Source: an uncultured Bacilli bacterium
GTDB taxonomy: Bacteria; Bacillota_I; Bacilli_A; RFN20; CAG-826
Reading direction: 5' to 3'
DNA length: 64,000 nucleotides
NCBI GenBank assembly: GCA_934699525.1
Contig: CAKUWP010000011.1
Location: forward strand, 1,611 to 65,610
In this document: piece by piece, positions 38,812 to 48,747 of the stretch
How the letters are laid out: each line of letters begins with the position of its first letter
How positions within the stretch are numbered: the stretch's first letter is position 1
Notes under the pieces: model-generated
What the model was told of the DNA's origin: nothing
Databases searched by the model: none
What the model saw: the letters and a program-made list of their open reading frames with translations, nothing else
Program-made: the position numbers and the translations under genes

Positions 38812-39286
38812 TCGCGTTCCTTTCGCCTAAAACATTATCAAGAATAGCGTTCACAAAGCGATAATCCTTTCCGCTTAGATATTTTTTCGCCAGTTTAACC
38901 GCGATATCGATTACCACGCCCTTATCTACGTGATCGTCCACATAATAATAATGAACATAGGCTTGGATGAGAATCGCTTGTTCCAAACGAGGCAAACGCT
39001 CAAATCGCCAGTTCCGTAAATGAGGTTTAAAAGCATCGACAACGTCGTGGAAATGTGAAACGGAAGAGACCATGCATTGTTTCACGAACAATGGGCAATC
39101 TTCATAAGGCTCATTGCAAAGCCCGGAGACGATATCCTTCACATCGATGGAATAATCCATGTAAATATAGGTCAAAGCATCATAGATGCAAGTCATGGCT
39201 AAAGGCTGCAAGGAATTGCGGGATCTTGCCATCTCTTCTAGTTCGTCAAATTCTTCGAGCCAAGCACTTTCTTTTTCGTTATTCAT
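38804..39286 (-). CDS. nusB: transcription antitermination factor NusB
   Basis: 160-aa all-helical NusB family protein. Confidence 0.8.
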   Translation of the reverse strand: MNNEKESAWLEEFDELEEMARSRNSLQPLAMTCIYDALTYIYMDYSIDVKDIVSGLCNEPYEDCPLFVKQCMVSSVSHFHDVVDAFKPHLRNWRFERLPRLEQAILIQAYVHYYYVDDHVDKGVVIDIAVKLAKKYLSGKDYRFVNAILDNVLGERNANA

Positions 39287-39316
39287 TCTGTTTCGTCTTT
39301 CTATATTGTTGAGGGT

Positions 39317-39727
39317 TTAATCCATGATTTTGGCAACGTGCACCATGACTTCATAGGGCAAGGTGTCACAATTGAGTCGCAAAGCATCAGCGACTTGCTT
39401 TTGGATTTTTAAGCAAATTTCTGAAACATTAAGTCCAGGGGCTAAGGCCACATCGAGCTTAATGATGGCTTTCCCCGTTTTGGATAAGGAAGTTTTCGCT
39501 CCGGAAGGAATAGAAAATAAAGGGGAAATAAAATGGGTTTTTCTTTCTTTTGATTTCGAATTTTTGGAATTCGCGTCTTTTTTCGCCTCCACGGCAGCGG
39601 AATAAACAGAGGCACCTGGAATTTCGGCAACCGCTTTCGACGCAATCGTATCAATGGTTGCAAGGCTAATGCCCAACTTCCCTTTTTGGGCGTAGTTATT
39701 AATGTAAATGTAGGGCATGTTCCTCAC
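39317..39727 (-). CDS. Asp23/Gls24-family (alkaline shock) protein
   Basis: 136 aa. Conserved position upstream of nusB, as for yqhY in Bacillus. Confidence 0.7.
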   Translation of the reverse strand: MRNMPYIYINNYAQKGKLGISLATIDTIASKAVAEIPGASVYSAAVEAKKDANSKNSKSKERKTHFISPLFSIPSGAKTSLSKTGKAIIKLDVALAPGLNVSEICLKIQKQVADALRLNCDTLPYEVMVHVAKIMD

Positions 39728-41712
39728 TCCTTGAAAAACGAAGAGATTTTCCCAGCAATTTGAATGGGTGTAAAGCCAAAATGTTCTAATAAATCTTCCG
39801 CTTTGCCACTTGCACCAAACTGATCGATGCCAATGTTATATTTTGCGATTCCTCCCCAGCCAAACGTGGAACTCATTTCCACACTAACGCGAGCATCGTA
39901 AGGCAAATGGAGGACTTTTTCTTTTTCTTCTGGCGGCAAGGCAACGAAACGATTCCAGCTCGGCATAGAAACTACTTCCGCGTAAATTTCCTTTTCTTTG
40001 AGGATTTTAGAAGCGGCAATGCATAGAGATACCTCGCTTCCAGTAGCTATTAATTGAATGTTGGCCTTTTTGGAAGGGGTATAAACGACATAGGCGCCTT
40101 TTTGAACTCCTTCGAAAGTAGAATTCTCAAGCTGAGGAAGATTTTGTCTGGTTAAAATAAGAGCAGTGGGACGGGTTTTGCTTTCGACGGCCAAGCGCCA
40201 CGCCGCTTCCGTTTCGTTGATGTCTGCAGGACGAATCACGTCGACGTTGGGAATGGAACGCAAAGACGCCAACTGCTCGATGGGTTCATGCGTCGTCCCA
40301 TCTTCTCCAACAGCAATGGAATCGTGAGTCAAAATATAAATAGAAGGAATATTTTCCATGGCCGCCATACGAATCGCAGGCTTCAAATAATCCGAGAAAA
40401 CAAAGAAGGTGGCACAATAAGTCAGCAATCCTCCATGCAAGAGGATTCCGTTTTGCGCACTTGCCATGCCGAATTCGCGGATACCGAAATGGACATCGCG
40501 TCCTTCCGGATGTTCCGCATCAAAAATAGCAAGTCCTTTGACGTTGGTCTTCGTGGATCCCGCCACGTCAGCGCTTCCGCCAAACGTAAAGGGCATTTTT
40601 CCTGTCAAACGTTCCAAGAATTTTCCACTGCTATTGCGGGTTGCTTCCGGTTTTGCTCCTTTGGCGTCCCGGTTTTCCGGAAGATACGGGGTTACATTAC
40701 GGGCAAAAGCATTTTGGAAAAGCTCATAGGCTTCGGAATGGTATTTCTTATATTCCTTGGTGGCGCTTTGATAAGCTTCGTAAGCTTCTGCGCCGCGTTT
40801 TCCAAACGTGGTGGCGAAGTCGGAATAAACAGAATCTGGAATCGTAAACGGGGGATAATCGTAGCCAAATACCTTTTTGGCGTGCAACGTATCCTCTTCC
40901 GTTAGCGGTGCGCCGTGAGTTACGTGAGACCCTTGGTGCTCCGATCCAAATCCAATTTGAGTATGGAAAATAATCAAGGTTGGGAAATCTTTGTTTTCCT
41001 TGGCCTTGGAAATAGCTTTAGAAATTTTCTCCCAATTGTTGCCGTCTTTTACCTCGATAACATCCCAGCCTGCTGCAAAAAAGCGGAGTTTGACGTTATC
41101 GGATGCGGAATCGGAAGTCGGCCCGTCGAGAGTCGAACCATTTTCGTCGTAAAGCAAAATCAATTTGTTGAGATGGTAATGTCCCGCAAGCGAAATGGCT
41201 TCGTGGGAAATTCCCTCTTCCAAACACCCATCACCACAAAGGCAATAGGTCCAGTGATTCATGATTTTGGAGCCTTCGGGATATTCGGCTTCAATGGCTT
41301 TTTCCGCCATCGCCATTCCTACGGCTTGGGCAATTCCTTGTCCTAAAGGCCCACTAGTAGCGTCTACTCCCGGAGTCATCCCCACTTCAGGGTGGCCAGG
41401 AGTAATGGAACCCAGCTGACGGAACGACTTCAAGTCTTCCATGCTTATCGAATAGCCGAGGCAATGAAGCGTGGTATAAAGCAAGGAGGAAACGTGACCG
41501 CAAGAAAGTACGAAACGATCACGGTTAATCCAATCCGGATGTTTGGGGTCGGCCGTTAAATGGTCGCGGAAAAGCGCATAAACAGCCGGAGCGGCATCTA
41601 AGGCCATGCCCGGATGACCGGAATTCGCTTTGTTGATGACGTCTAATGTTGTGGAACGCATCGCCGCGATGGACAACGCCGCGTCTTGTTTCGTTTTTCC
41701 GTTTTCAAACAT
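39724..41712 (-). CDS. tkt: transketolase
   Basis: 662 aa. TPP-binding and pyrimidine-binding domains. GDG..E motif. Confidence 0.9.
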   Translation of the reverse strand: MFENGKTKQDAALSIAAMRSTTLDVINKANSGHPGMALDAAPAVYALFRDHLTADPKHPDWINRDRFVLSCGHVSSLLYTTLHCLGYSISMEDLKSFRQLGSITPGHPEVGMTPGVDATSGPLGQGIAQAVGMAMAEKAIEAEYPEGSKIMNHWTYCLCGDGCLEEGISHEAISLAGHYHLNKLILLYDENGSTLDGPTSDSASDNVKLRFFAAGWDVIEVKDGNNWEKISKAISKAKENKDFPTLIIFHTQIGFGSEHQGSHVTHGAPLTEEDTLHAKKVFGYDYPPFTIPDSVYSDFATTFGKRGAEAYEAYQSATKEYKKYHSEAYELFQNAFARNVTPYLPENRDAKGAKPEATRNSSGKFLERLTGKMPFTFGGSADVAGSTKTNVKGLAIFDAEHPEGRDVHFGIREFGMASAQNGILLHGGLLTYCATFFVFSDYLKPAIRMAAMENIPSIYILTHDSIAVGEDGTTHEPIEQLASLRSIPNVDVIRPADINETEAAWRLAVESKTRPTALILTRQNLPQLENSTFEGVQKGAYVVYTPSKKANIQLIATGSEVSLCIAASKILKEKEIYAEVVSMPSWNRFVALPPEEKEKVLHLPYDARVSVEMSSTFGWGGIAKYNIGIDQFGASGKAEDLLEHFGFTPIQIAGKISSFFKE

Positions 41713-41726
41713 TTTGTTCTCCTTAT

Positions 41727-43460
41727 TTATTCTTCGGTAATGGCAATATCGAGGATTTCCAACTGATCAGGGGAAACCGGGGTTGGGGCTTTGGAGGTGG
41801 GGTCAACGGCTTGAAGGTTTTTCGGGAAAGCCTCCACATCGCGGATGTTATCCGTGCCACAGAGAATCATGGCAAGACGGTCGAGACCAAACGCCATTCC
41901 CCCATGAGGGGGAGCCCCATATTGGAAGGCATCGATAAACCAACCAAATTTTTTGGCGACATCTTCGTCCGAAAGTCCAAGAAGATTAAAAATCTTCCAT
42001 TGAGTGTCGTGGTCATAAATACGCAGGGTTCCACCGCCAGCTTCGTAACCATTAATGATGATGTCGTAAGCGTAAGCAAGCACTTCTTCAGGATTCGAAT
42101 CCAGTAATGTCAGGTCTTCATCGCGAGGGCGAGTGAACGGATGGTGTTCCGCTGTATATTTTCCCGGTTGGCCTTCAACAGGATCAAACATCGGGAAGTC
42201 AACAACCCAAAGCAAATCGTAGGTGTTCGGTTTAATCAGCTGCAATTTCTTGGCGAACAAAGTACGCAATGCCCCGAGCCCAAAGTCGATATCCCGACGA
42301 TAGGGACTCGATGCAAACAAAACCAAGTCGTCTTCTTTTAATCCAAGTTTTTCTTTTAGGCTAGTTTCCATTTCGCCCGTTAGGAATTTCTTAAACGAAC
42401 CATTAAGGGCACCGTCCGTAAACTTTAAAGACAAAACGCCTTTCAAATTAAATTTTCTGGCCTCAAGTTGTAGTGCGTCCAAATCTTTTCTTGAGGTTTC
42501 TTTGGCCATGGATGGGATAACAATCGCCTTGATGTAATTCGCACCCTCGAAGCCGCCGAATGGAGCCGACTTCAAAATTTCGGTAATATCTTGGAGTTCC
42601 AATCCATATCGAGTGTCAGGTTTGTCCGAACCAAATCGGTCCATGGCTTCCCAATAGGGCATTCTGCGAAGCGGCGTCTCAATATCAATCCCTTTGATTT
42701 CTTTAAAGACTTTTTTCAAAAAACCTTCATTTAAAGCCAAGATTTGGTCTTGGTCCATAAACGAAATTTCTTCGTCCAATTGGGTGAATTCCGGCTGACG
42801 ATCCGCGCGAAGGTCTTCATCGCGGAAGCACTTTGCAACCTGATAATAACGTTCCACTCCGCCAATCATAAGGAGCTGTTTCCAAAGTTGAGGGCTTTGA
42901 GGAAGGGCGTAGAAGCATCCGTGATGCAAACGGCTAGGGACCAAATAGTCACGGGCACCTTCCGGCGAGGAAAGATTAAGAATCGGGGTTTCCACCTCCA
43001 AGAAATCGTGCTCGTCAAAATATTCGTGCCAAGTGCGAACAATCTTTGCTCTCGTTTTCAAATTATTCAAAAGGCAGGGACGGCGCAAATCCAAATAACG
43101 ATAATTCAAGCGTGTATCTTCAAGAGCATCCGTTTTATCATCAATGATAAAGGGCGTAGTTTCCGCTTTGTTTAATACACGCAGTGAAGTTAAAGAAACT
43201 TCGATTTCGCCCGTTGCAAGGCGAGGATTTGGGACGTCTTTCTTCTCCACAATGCCTTTTGCTTCCACCACATACTCGTTTCGGCAATCGGGCAAAATGG
43301 AGGGATCCTTGGCAATCAGTTGAACAATGCCAGTGGAATCCCGCAAATCAAAGAATACGAGAGACCCCAAATTTCTCTTCGTAGCAATCCAACCAAGAAG
43401 TGTTACTTCCCGGCCTACATCTGAAATCCTTAAATTTCCGTTATAATCGGTGCGTTCCAT
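41727..43460 (-). CDS. aspS: aspartate--tRNA ligase
   Basis: 577 aa. N-terminal OB anticodon-binding domain. Class II motifs and a GAD insertion domain. Confidence 0.9.
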   Translation of the reverse strand: MERTDYNGNLRISDVGREVTLLGWIATKRNLGSLVFFDLRDSTGIVQLIAKDPSILPDCRNEYVVEAKGIVEKKDVPNPRLATGEIEVSLTSLRVLNKAETTPFIIDDKTDALEDTRLNYRYLDLRRPCLLNNLKTRAKIVRTWHEYFDEHDFLEVETPILNLSSPEGARDYLVPSRLHHGCFYALPQSPQLWKQLLMIGGVERYYQVAKCFRDEDLRADRQPEFTQLDEEISFMDQDQILALNEGFLKKVFKEIKGIDIETPLRRMPYWEAMDRFGSDKPDTRYGLELQDITEILKSAPFGGFEGANYIKAIVIPSMAKETSRKDLDALQLEARKFNLKGVLSLKFTDGALNGSFKKFLTGEMETSLKEKLGLKEDDLVLFASSPYRRDIDFGLGALRTLFAKKLQLIKPNTYDLLWVVDFPMFDPVEGQPGKYTAEHHPFTRPRDEDLTLLDSNPEEVLAYAYDIIINGYEAGGGTLRIYDHDTQWKIFNLLGLSDEDVAKKFGWFIDAFQYGAPPHGGMAFGLDRLAMILCGTDNIRDVEAFPKNLQAVDPTSKAPTPVSPDQLEILDIAITEE

Positions 43461-43463
43461 TTT

Positions 43464-44798
43464 TTAGTCTCCTTCATGATGATGCTCATGGCAGCAGTTT
43501 TCTTCTTCCTCATCGTCGATTTCTTCAAATTCCGCATCCAGAATTTCATCAAGGTTTTCGATTTTAGCCTCTTTTTGTTCATGGGTTTTGAGGTTTTTGA
43601 GTTGAACCACGCCTTTTTGCAAATCTTCCGTGCCGAAGATGAGAGCAAAGTTGGCTTGGCTACGTTCGGCTTTTTTGAACATAGAACCTAGTTTAGACGG
43701 AACAAAAGGCATCTCAACGCTGTAGCCAAGGGAACGAATTTCCTGAACCAAATGGAAGCCATCGTCTAAAACTTCTTCTCCAATCGGCATCGCATAAATA
43801 TCCACGTGATGGGCCACATCTTTCAATAACCCTAGCTCTTCCATTAAGGAATAGATGCGCTCGACCCCCATCGCAAATCCAACCCCATGATCGTAGTCCT
43901 TAGGACCATTGAAATTGGCAAGCATGCCATCGTAATGGCCCCCACCAAGCAAGGCCCCGTAATCTTTTCCGCTGGGGGAAATCGCGTGAACTTCAAACAC
44001 GATATGACCATAATAATCAAGCCCGCGAACCAAGGAATCATCAATTTCATACTCGATTTCCATGTCATTGAGGATCGAAAGGGTTTGATAGAATCTTGCA
44101 TCGGCTTCTTCCGAAAGGAAATCACGCATCTTTGGGGCGTTTAGGCCAATTTCATGGTCATGTTCCACCTTGCAATCCAAAATGCGCATCGGATTTAGAC
44201 GGAGACGTTCCTTGCAGTCATCGCACATTTCGTCGATTTTTGTAGCGAAGTAGGAACGCAGCGCTTCTTTGTAGGCGTTTCTAGAAGCAGCGTCCCCCAA
44301 AGTATTGACCTTGATTTTGAGATTTTTGAATCCCAACATGCCCAAGGCCTGCATCGCCAAGCAAATGCATTCGGCATCAAGACGAGGTGAATCCACGCCA
44401 ACGCACTCCACGCCCGCTTGGGTAAATTGGCGATATCTTCCTAGTTGCGGTCTTTCGTAGCGGAAAACCGGCCCCATATAGAAAGTTTTTAAAGGTAAAT
44501 CATTCGTGGCGGTCATTTTGTGTTCAACAATGGAACGAATGACCCCCGCAGTCCCTTCCGGGCGAAGCGTCACCGAACGATTCCCTTTATCCATGAACGT
44601 ATACATTTCTTTGCGGACAACGTCGCTGCTTTCTCCCGTAGAACGGTCGAAAACTTCGGTATATTCTAAAATTGGTGTCTCGATGGGGCGATATCCGTAC
44701 AGTTCGCTAACCGCGCGAAACACGTTTTCAATGTAGGCGTAGCCATCGGCTTCGGCCCCATAAAGATCGTGGGTTCCTTTGACAGCAATAAACGGCAT
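43464..44798 (-). CDS. hisS: histidine--tRNA ligase with a C-terminal acidic/Cys-His tail
   Basis: 444 aa class IIa synthetase. Ends ..EEIDDEEEENCCHEHHHEGD. Confidence 0.9.
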   Translation of the reverse strand: MPFIAVKGTHDLYGAEADGYAYIENVFRAVSELYGYRPIETPILEYTEVFDRSTGESSDVVRKEMYTFMDKGNRSVTLRPEGTAGVIRSIVEHKMTATNDLPLKTFYMGPVFRYERPQLGRYRQFTQAGVECVGVDSPRLDAECICLAMQALGMLGFKNLKIKVNTLGDAASRNAYKEALRSYFATKIDEMCDDCKERLRLNPMRILDCKVEHDHEIGLNAPKMRDFLSEEADARFYQTLSILNDMEIEYEIDDSLVRGLDYYGHIVFEVHAISPSGKDYGALLGGGHYDGMLANFNGPKDYDHGVGFAMGVERIYSLMEELGLLKDVAHHVDIYAMPIGEEVLDDGFHLVQEIRSLGYSVEMPFVPSKLGSMFKKAERSQANFALIFGTEDLQKGVVQLKNLKTHEQKEAKIENLDEILDAEFEEIDDEEEENCCHEHHHEGD

Positions 44799-44868
44799 AA
44801 AAATACTCTCCTGATTAGGCTTGATAAGTATAGGCTATTCATAGCCTTTCTTCAATCAGGCGGCAACA

Positions 44869-47043
44869 TTAATGAATAACACGAATAACGTCGTAAACGC
44901 CTTTGATGCCCAGTAAATCTGCAAAGCAATCTTGCAGCACTTTGGCATTAGACACGGTAATGGTCATGTTAATAACGTCATCCATCGTATCTTCTTTTAA
45001 ATGTGCACGTAAATCGCTGACTCCCACTCCTTTTGCTCCGAAGGTCGACAAAATATCCGCGAGCAAATTCGAACGGTCGTTAGCAAAGATCTGAATGTCA
45101 ACGGGATAAGAAGATATGGCGAGTTCTTCCTTCCACTTCACATCAACTAAACGGGCTTTTTCATTTTGCACATTGGGGCAATTGGCTCGGTGTATCGTAA
45201 TCCCTTTTCCTTTGGTGATATATCCAACAATGTCATCTCCGGGAATCGGGGTGCAGCAATGGCCTAGGCTAATCATTAATCCAGTCACTCCGCCTCCTAC
45301 GACAACGGGACTAGTATCTGCTTTCTTTGGTCTCGTTCTTTTTGCAAAATCGGTAATCGAAGGCTTGCGGCGAATCTTCAAAGTATCCAAAACAGCGGCA
45401 GGCGTGGGATTACGGTTCGTTATCGCCACGAATAAATCATCCAAATTGTCGAAATGGAATTCGTTTTCGATTCGTGGGTCTTCTAAGGCTTTCATCGCCG
45501 CCTCTTCTTCGATTCCCTGCATGCGGAAGGCGTCGAGAAGGGATTGCTTTCCTTGACGAATTTTTTCTTCGCGCATAAAGGCTTCTTGTTTTTTCTGCAA
45601 AGCCCGGCGAATGTGGTTTTGTGCCGAGGTGGTTTTGGCAATTTCAAGCCAAGAGTCATTGGGATAGGCCGTTTTTGAGGTTCGAATCTCGCAAACATCG
45701 CCGGTTTTCAAAACGGTATTGAGGGAAACGCCCACTCCATTCACGAAGGCTCCAACGGCCGAATCCCCGACTTTTGTATGGATTTTATAAGCAAAATCGA
45801 GGGTGGTAGCCCCTTTTGGCAAATCAATAACCTTGCCCATCGGAGTAAAAACATAAACATTTGCTCCGAAAATATCGCTGGTCAAAGAATGGAGGTACTC
45901 CTTCGCCGATTTGCTTTGGTTATCTTCAGAAAGAGAGACGAAATCGCGGAACCAGGATAATTGATTTTCGATATCTTTTTGTTCGGATTCCTGGTTGTAA
46001 TTTCCTTCCTTGTATTTCCAGTGAGCCGCAACGCCAGTTTCGGCAATTTGATCCATTTCTTCCGTTCTTATTTGGATTTCATAAGCATTGCCATCCCCTG
46101 CCAAAATCGATGTATGCAACGACTGATACATGTTGGGCTTTGGCATGGCGATATAATCTTTGAAACGGCCGGGAATCGGTTTATATGTCGAATGGATAAT
46201 CCCAAGGATTTCATAGCAATTTAACGTGGTTTTCGTAATCACGCGAATCGCCAAAACATCATAAATATCCTCAAAATTATGGGATTTTTGATACATTTTT
46301 CGATAAATGGAATAGATGGATTTAACACGACTTTCCATCTTGAAAGGAATCTTGTGCTCAAAAAGGATGTCGGCAATCCTCTTTTTTAAGCCTTCCAACG
46401 ATTCCTTTCGGTGCTCAAAACGATCGTTAACTAACGCCAAAATATGCTGGTACTTTTCAGGATCCAAATACTTCAGGGACAAGTCTTCCAATTCGCTTTG
46501 CACCGTATAAATTCCAAGACGATGGGCAATCGGAGTAAAAACTTCGATGGTTTCCTTGGCCAAAGCTTGCTGTCTTTCGGGAGAAAGGGAATCCAAGGTA
46601 CGCATGTTGTGAAGTCGATCTGCAAGTTTAACGATGATTACACGAACATCTTGAGCCATACCGAGGAAGATTTTTCGGTGATCCTCAGCTTCAAAATCTT
46701 CCGCCGTCATATGCGAAAGTTTCATTCTTTGAATTTTAGTTAATGCATCAACGATTTTGGCGACATCTTTGCCGAAATCACGTTCAATGTCTTCAATTGT
46801 GGTGTCCGTGTCTTCCACCACATCATGGAGAAATGCTGCCGCCAAGGTGGAAGGGCCCGCTTGCAGCTTAGCGCAAATATAGGCCACTTCAATCGGGTGT
46901 TGAATATAGGGTTCGCCCGATTTGCGGAACTGACCTTCGTGCTGTTTTTTGGCCAATTCATAGGCTTTTTCAATCTTTTGGCGATCGGTTTCGTTTTTAA
47001 TATAAGGAAAATAAATCGCTTTGAGCTGCTCCATGGTATGCAT
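44869..47043 (-). CDS. relA: bifunctional (p)ppGpp synthetase/hydrolase RelA/SpoT (Rel)
   Basis: HD hydrolase, synthetase, TGS and ACT domains. The start is placed at the M with RBS GGAGGA (MHTMEQ..). The ORF is open from 47127. Confidence 0.85.
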   Translation of the reverse strand: MHTMEQLKAIYFPYIKNETDRQKIEKAYELAKKQHEGQFRKSGEPYIQHPIEVAYICAKLQAGPSTLAAAFLHDVVEDTDTTIEDIERDFGKDVAKIVDALTKIQRMKLSHMTAEDFEAEDHRKIFLGMAQDVRVIIVKLADRLHNMRTLDSLSPERQQALAKETIEVFTPIAHRLGIYTVQSELEDLSLKYLDPEKYQHILALVNDRFEHRKESLEGLKKRIADILFEHKIPFKMESRVKSIYSIYRKMYQKSHNFEDIYDVLAIRVITKTTLNCYEILGIIHSTYKPIPGRFKDYIAMPKPNMYQSLHTSILAGDGNAYEIQIRTEEMDQIAETGVAAHWKYKEGNYNQESEQKDIENQLSWFRDFVSLSEDNQSKSAKEYLHSLTSDIFGANVYVFTPMGKVIDLPKGATTLDFAYKIHTKVGDSAVGAFVNGVGVSLNTVLKTGDVCEIRTSKTAYPNDSWLEIAKTTSAQNHIRRALQKKQEAFMREEKIRQGKQSLLDAFRMQGIEEEAAMKALEDPRIENEFHFDNLDDLFVAITNRNPTPAAVLDTLKIRRKPSITDFAKRTRPKKADTSPVVVGGGVTGLMISLGHCCTPIPGDDIVGYITKGKGITIHRANCPNVQNEKARLVDVKWKEELAISSYPVDIQIFANDRSNLLADILSTFGAKGVGVSDLRAHLKEDTMDDVINMTITVSNAKVLQDCFADLLGIKGVYDVIRVIH

Positions 47044-47142
47044 GGGGTATCCTCCATTGGGGGGTAGGGATTTTAAATTTTTTTGAGCACTTTCATCCAT
47101 AATGGAAATATCGTAGCACAGGAACAAAAAAGAAAAATGGGG

Positions 47143-48747
47143 CTATTTAACGATGACGGGGCTACATTCAAAGCGAACGGCAGCTTTTCCGTTATATTCG
47201 TTAATTCTAAATTTCCCATCCAACGCGATGTGTTTGGAAGGGTTAAGAGGATGCTCTTTATTGATTTGGAAACTAAAAATCTCCACGGAATGGTAATTCG
47301 TTTTCATGCATTTCCCCGAGGAAACAAGTCTAAGCATCGACGCCGGAACTTCGTTAATTCGAAATAACGGTTCTTCATGTTCGGTTCCAAAAGGGCCAAA
47401 CGACCGAATCAGCGGGTATAAGTCGGGGGTAAGGTCATTCAGAATCAAATTAATATGAGGCGGCGGTTCAACGGAAAAAGGATGATTTTTTGAAAACTCG
47501 AGGAAGGATTTTTGGAGAAGATCCAGATTTTCCTGTTTAATGCTGGCCCCTCCCGCGTAATCGTGTCCGCCAAACCGCTCCAAAATCTTTTCATTTTCTT
47601 TCCAAAATTCCATGACGTTGAAGCCTTCTTTGCTTCGTGCCGAGCCGACAAAAACGCCAGGTTCTTTTCTGCTAGGAGAAAAAACCATGATTGGTTTATC
47701 GTATTCGTTAAGTAATTTGTTGGCCAAAAGGCCGTTTAGACCTTCCGGAAGATTACCCACAACCGAAATCCCGGGAAGCGAGGGATCAAAATTTAATTCG
47801 TTTTCCGCTTTTTTGGTAGCGTCTTTGCGGTTTTGGTTCGTGTTCCGTAAATAAGAGACCATGGCTTGTTCAAATTCAAGCCCACGGTCGGAATTAGCAA
47901 AATAATCGACGATTTTATTGCCAAAATGCCCTTCTTCCATTCTTCCAACAGAATTGATTTGAGGAATAATTTCCATTCCCAAAACCTTTTCGTCAATATG
48001 GCGTCGGCTAGTTAAATCCAAAATCTGATTCACATTATTTCTGACAATCAAATGCAAGGTGAGAGAAACGAGTTTCTGATTGTATCCCCTTAGTGGCATA
48101 CAATCCGAAATTGTAGAAATACCTGCCAAAATAGCCAAGTATTCGTCGTTTTTATTCAGCAAATAGCGAGAAAAGCCAAAGCAAAGTTCTCCTGCGGAAA
48201 TCGGATAGGGGCCGTATTTCAAGCGGTCAGGATGAACAAAGGCGAACGCATCAAGAGGGAGGCATTCTCCAATTTCATGATGGTCCAAAACGATAACGTC
48301 TACGCCTTTTTCCTTTAAATAGCTAATTTCCGAACTGGAGCTGACACCATTATCCACAAGGATAACCAAATCAAAACAATTGGCGATTCTAACGGCGTTC
48401 TCCATCGTTAAACCGTACCCGTCCAAATAGCGGGACGGAATAAAAACCTGGGCTTCTGAGCCGATTTTACGAAGACAAATTTTAATAATAGACGCCGACA
48501 TGATTCCGTCAGCGTCATAATCGCCATAAATAAGGATGCGATCGTGTTTTTTTACCCCTAACTCAATTCGGGTTTTCGCACGAACTAAATCGGGGGTTTC
48601 AGGTAAAAGAGGAATATCGTCAAACGTAGCGGGTTTCGCCATGGCTTCGTATTCGTCTTCCGTGAGGGAATAGTAACGGAGAAGCCGTTTTTTGACGTCA
48701 GGCATATCAGTCGTTGATACCGATGAAGATTGCCTCTTCCGGCTCAC
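47143..48747 (-). CDS. recJ: single-stranded-DNA-specific exonuclease RecJ
   Basis: DHH motifs (IYGDYDADG, VLDHH) and DHHA1. The start is ambiguous: a GTG at 48747 or the ATG at 48705. Confidence 0.85.
   Translation of the reverse strand: MSRKRQSSSVSTTDMPDVKKRLLRYYSLTEDEYEAMAKPATFDDIPLLPETPDLVRAKTRIELGVKKHDRILIYGDYDADGIMSASIIKICLRKIGSEAQVFIPSRYLDGYGLTMENAVRIANCFDLVILVDNGVSSSSEISYLKEKGVDVIVLDHHEIGECLPLDAFAFVHPDRLKYGPYPISAGELCFGFSRYLLNKNDEYLAILAGISTISDCMPLRGYNQKLVSLTLHLIVRNNVNQILDLTSRRHIDEKVLGMEIIPQINSVGRMEEGHFGNKIVDYFANSDRGLEFEQAMVSYLRNTNQNRKDATKKAENELNFDPSLPGISVVGNLPEGLNGLLANKLLNEYDKPIMVFSPSRKEPGVFVGSARSKEGFNVMEFWKENEKILERFGGHDYAGGASIKQENLDLLQKSFLEFSKNHPFSVEPPPHINLILNDLTPDLYPLIRSFGPFGTEHEEPLFRINEVPASMLRLVSSGKCMKTNYHSVEIFSFQINKEHPLNPSKHIALDGKFRINEYNGKAAVRFECSPVIVK

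Noticed and set aside
40288-40905. 205-aa ORF on the plus strand
   Set aside because: Antisense to transketolase. No RBS and no motifs.
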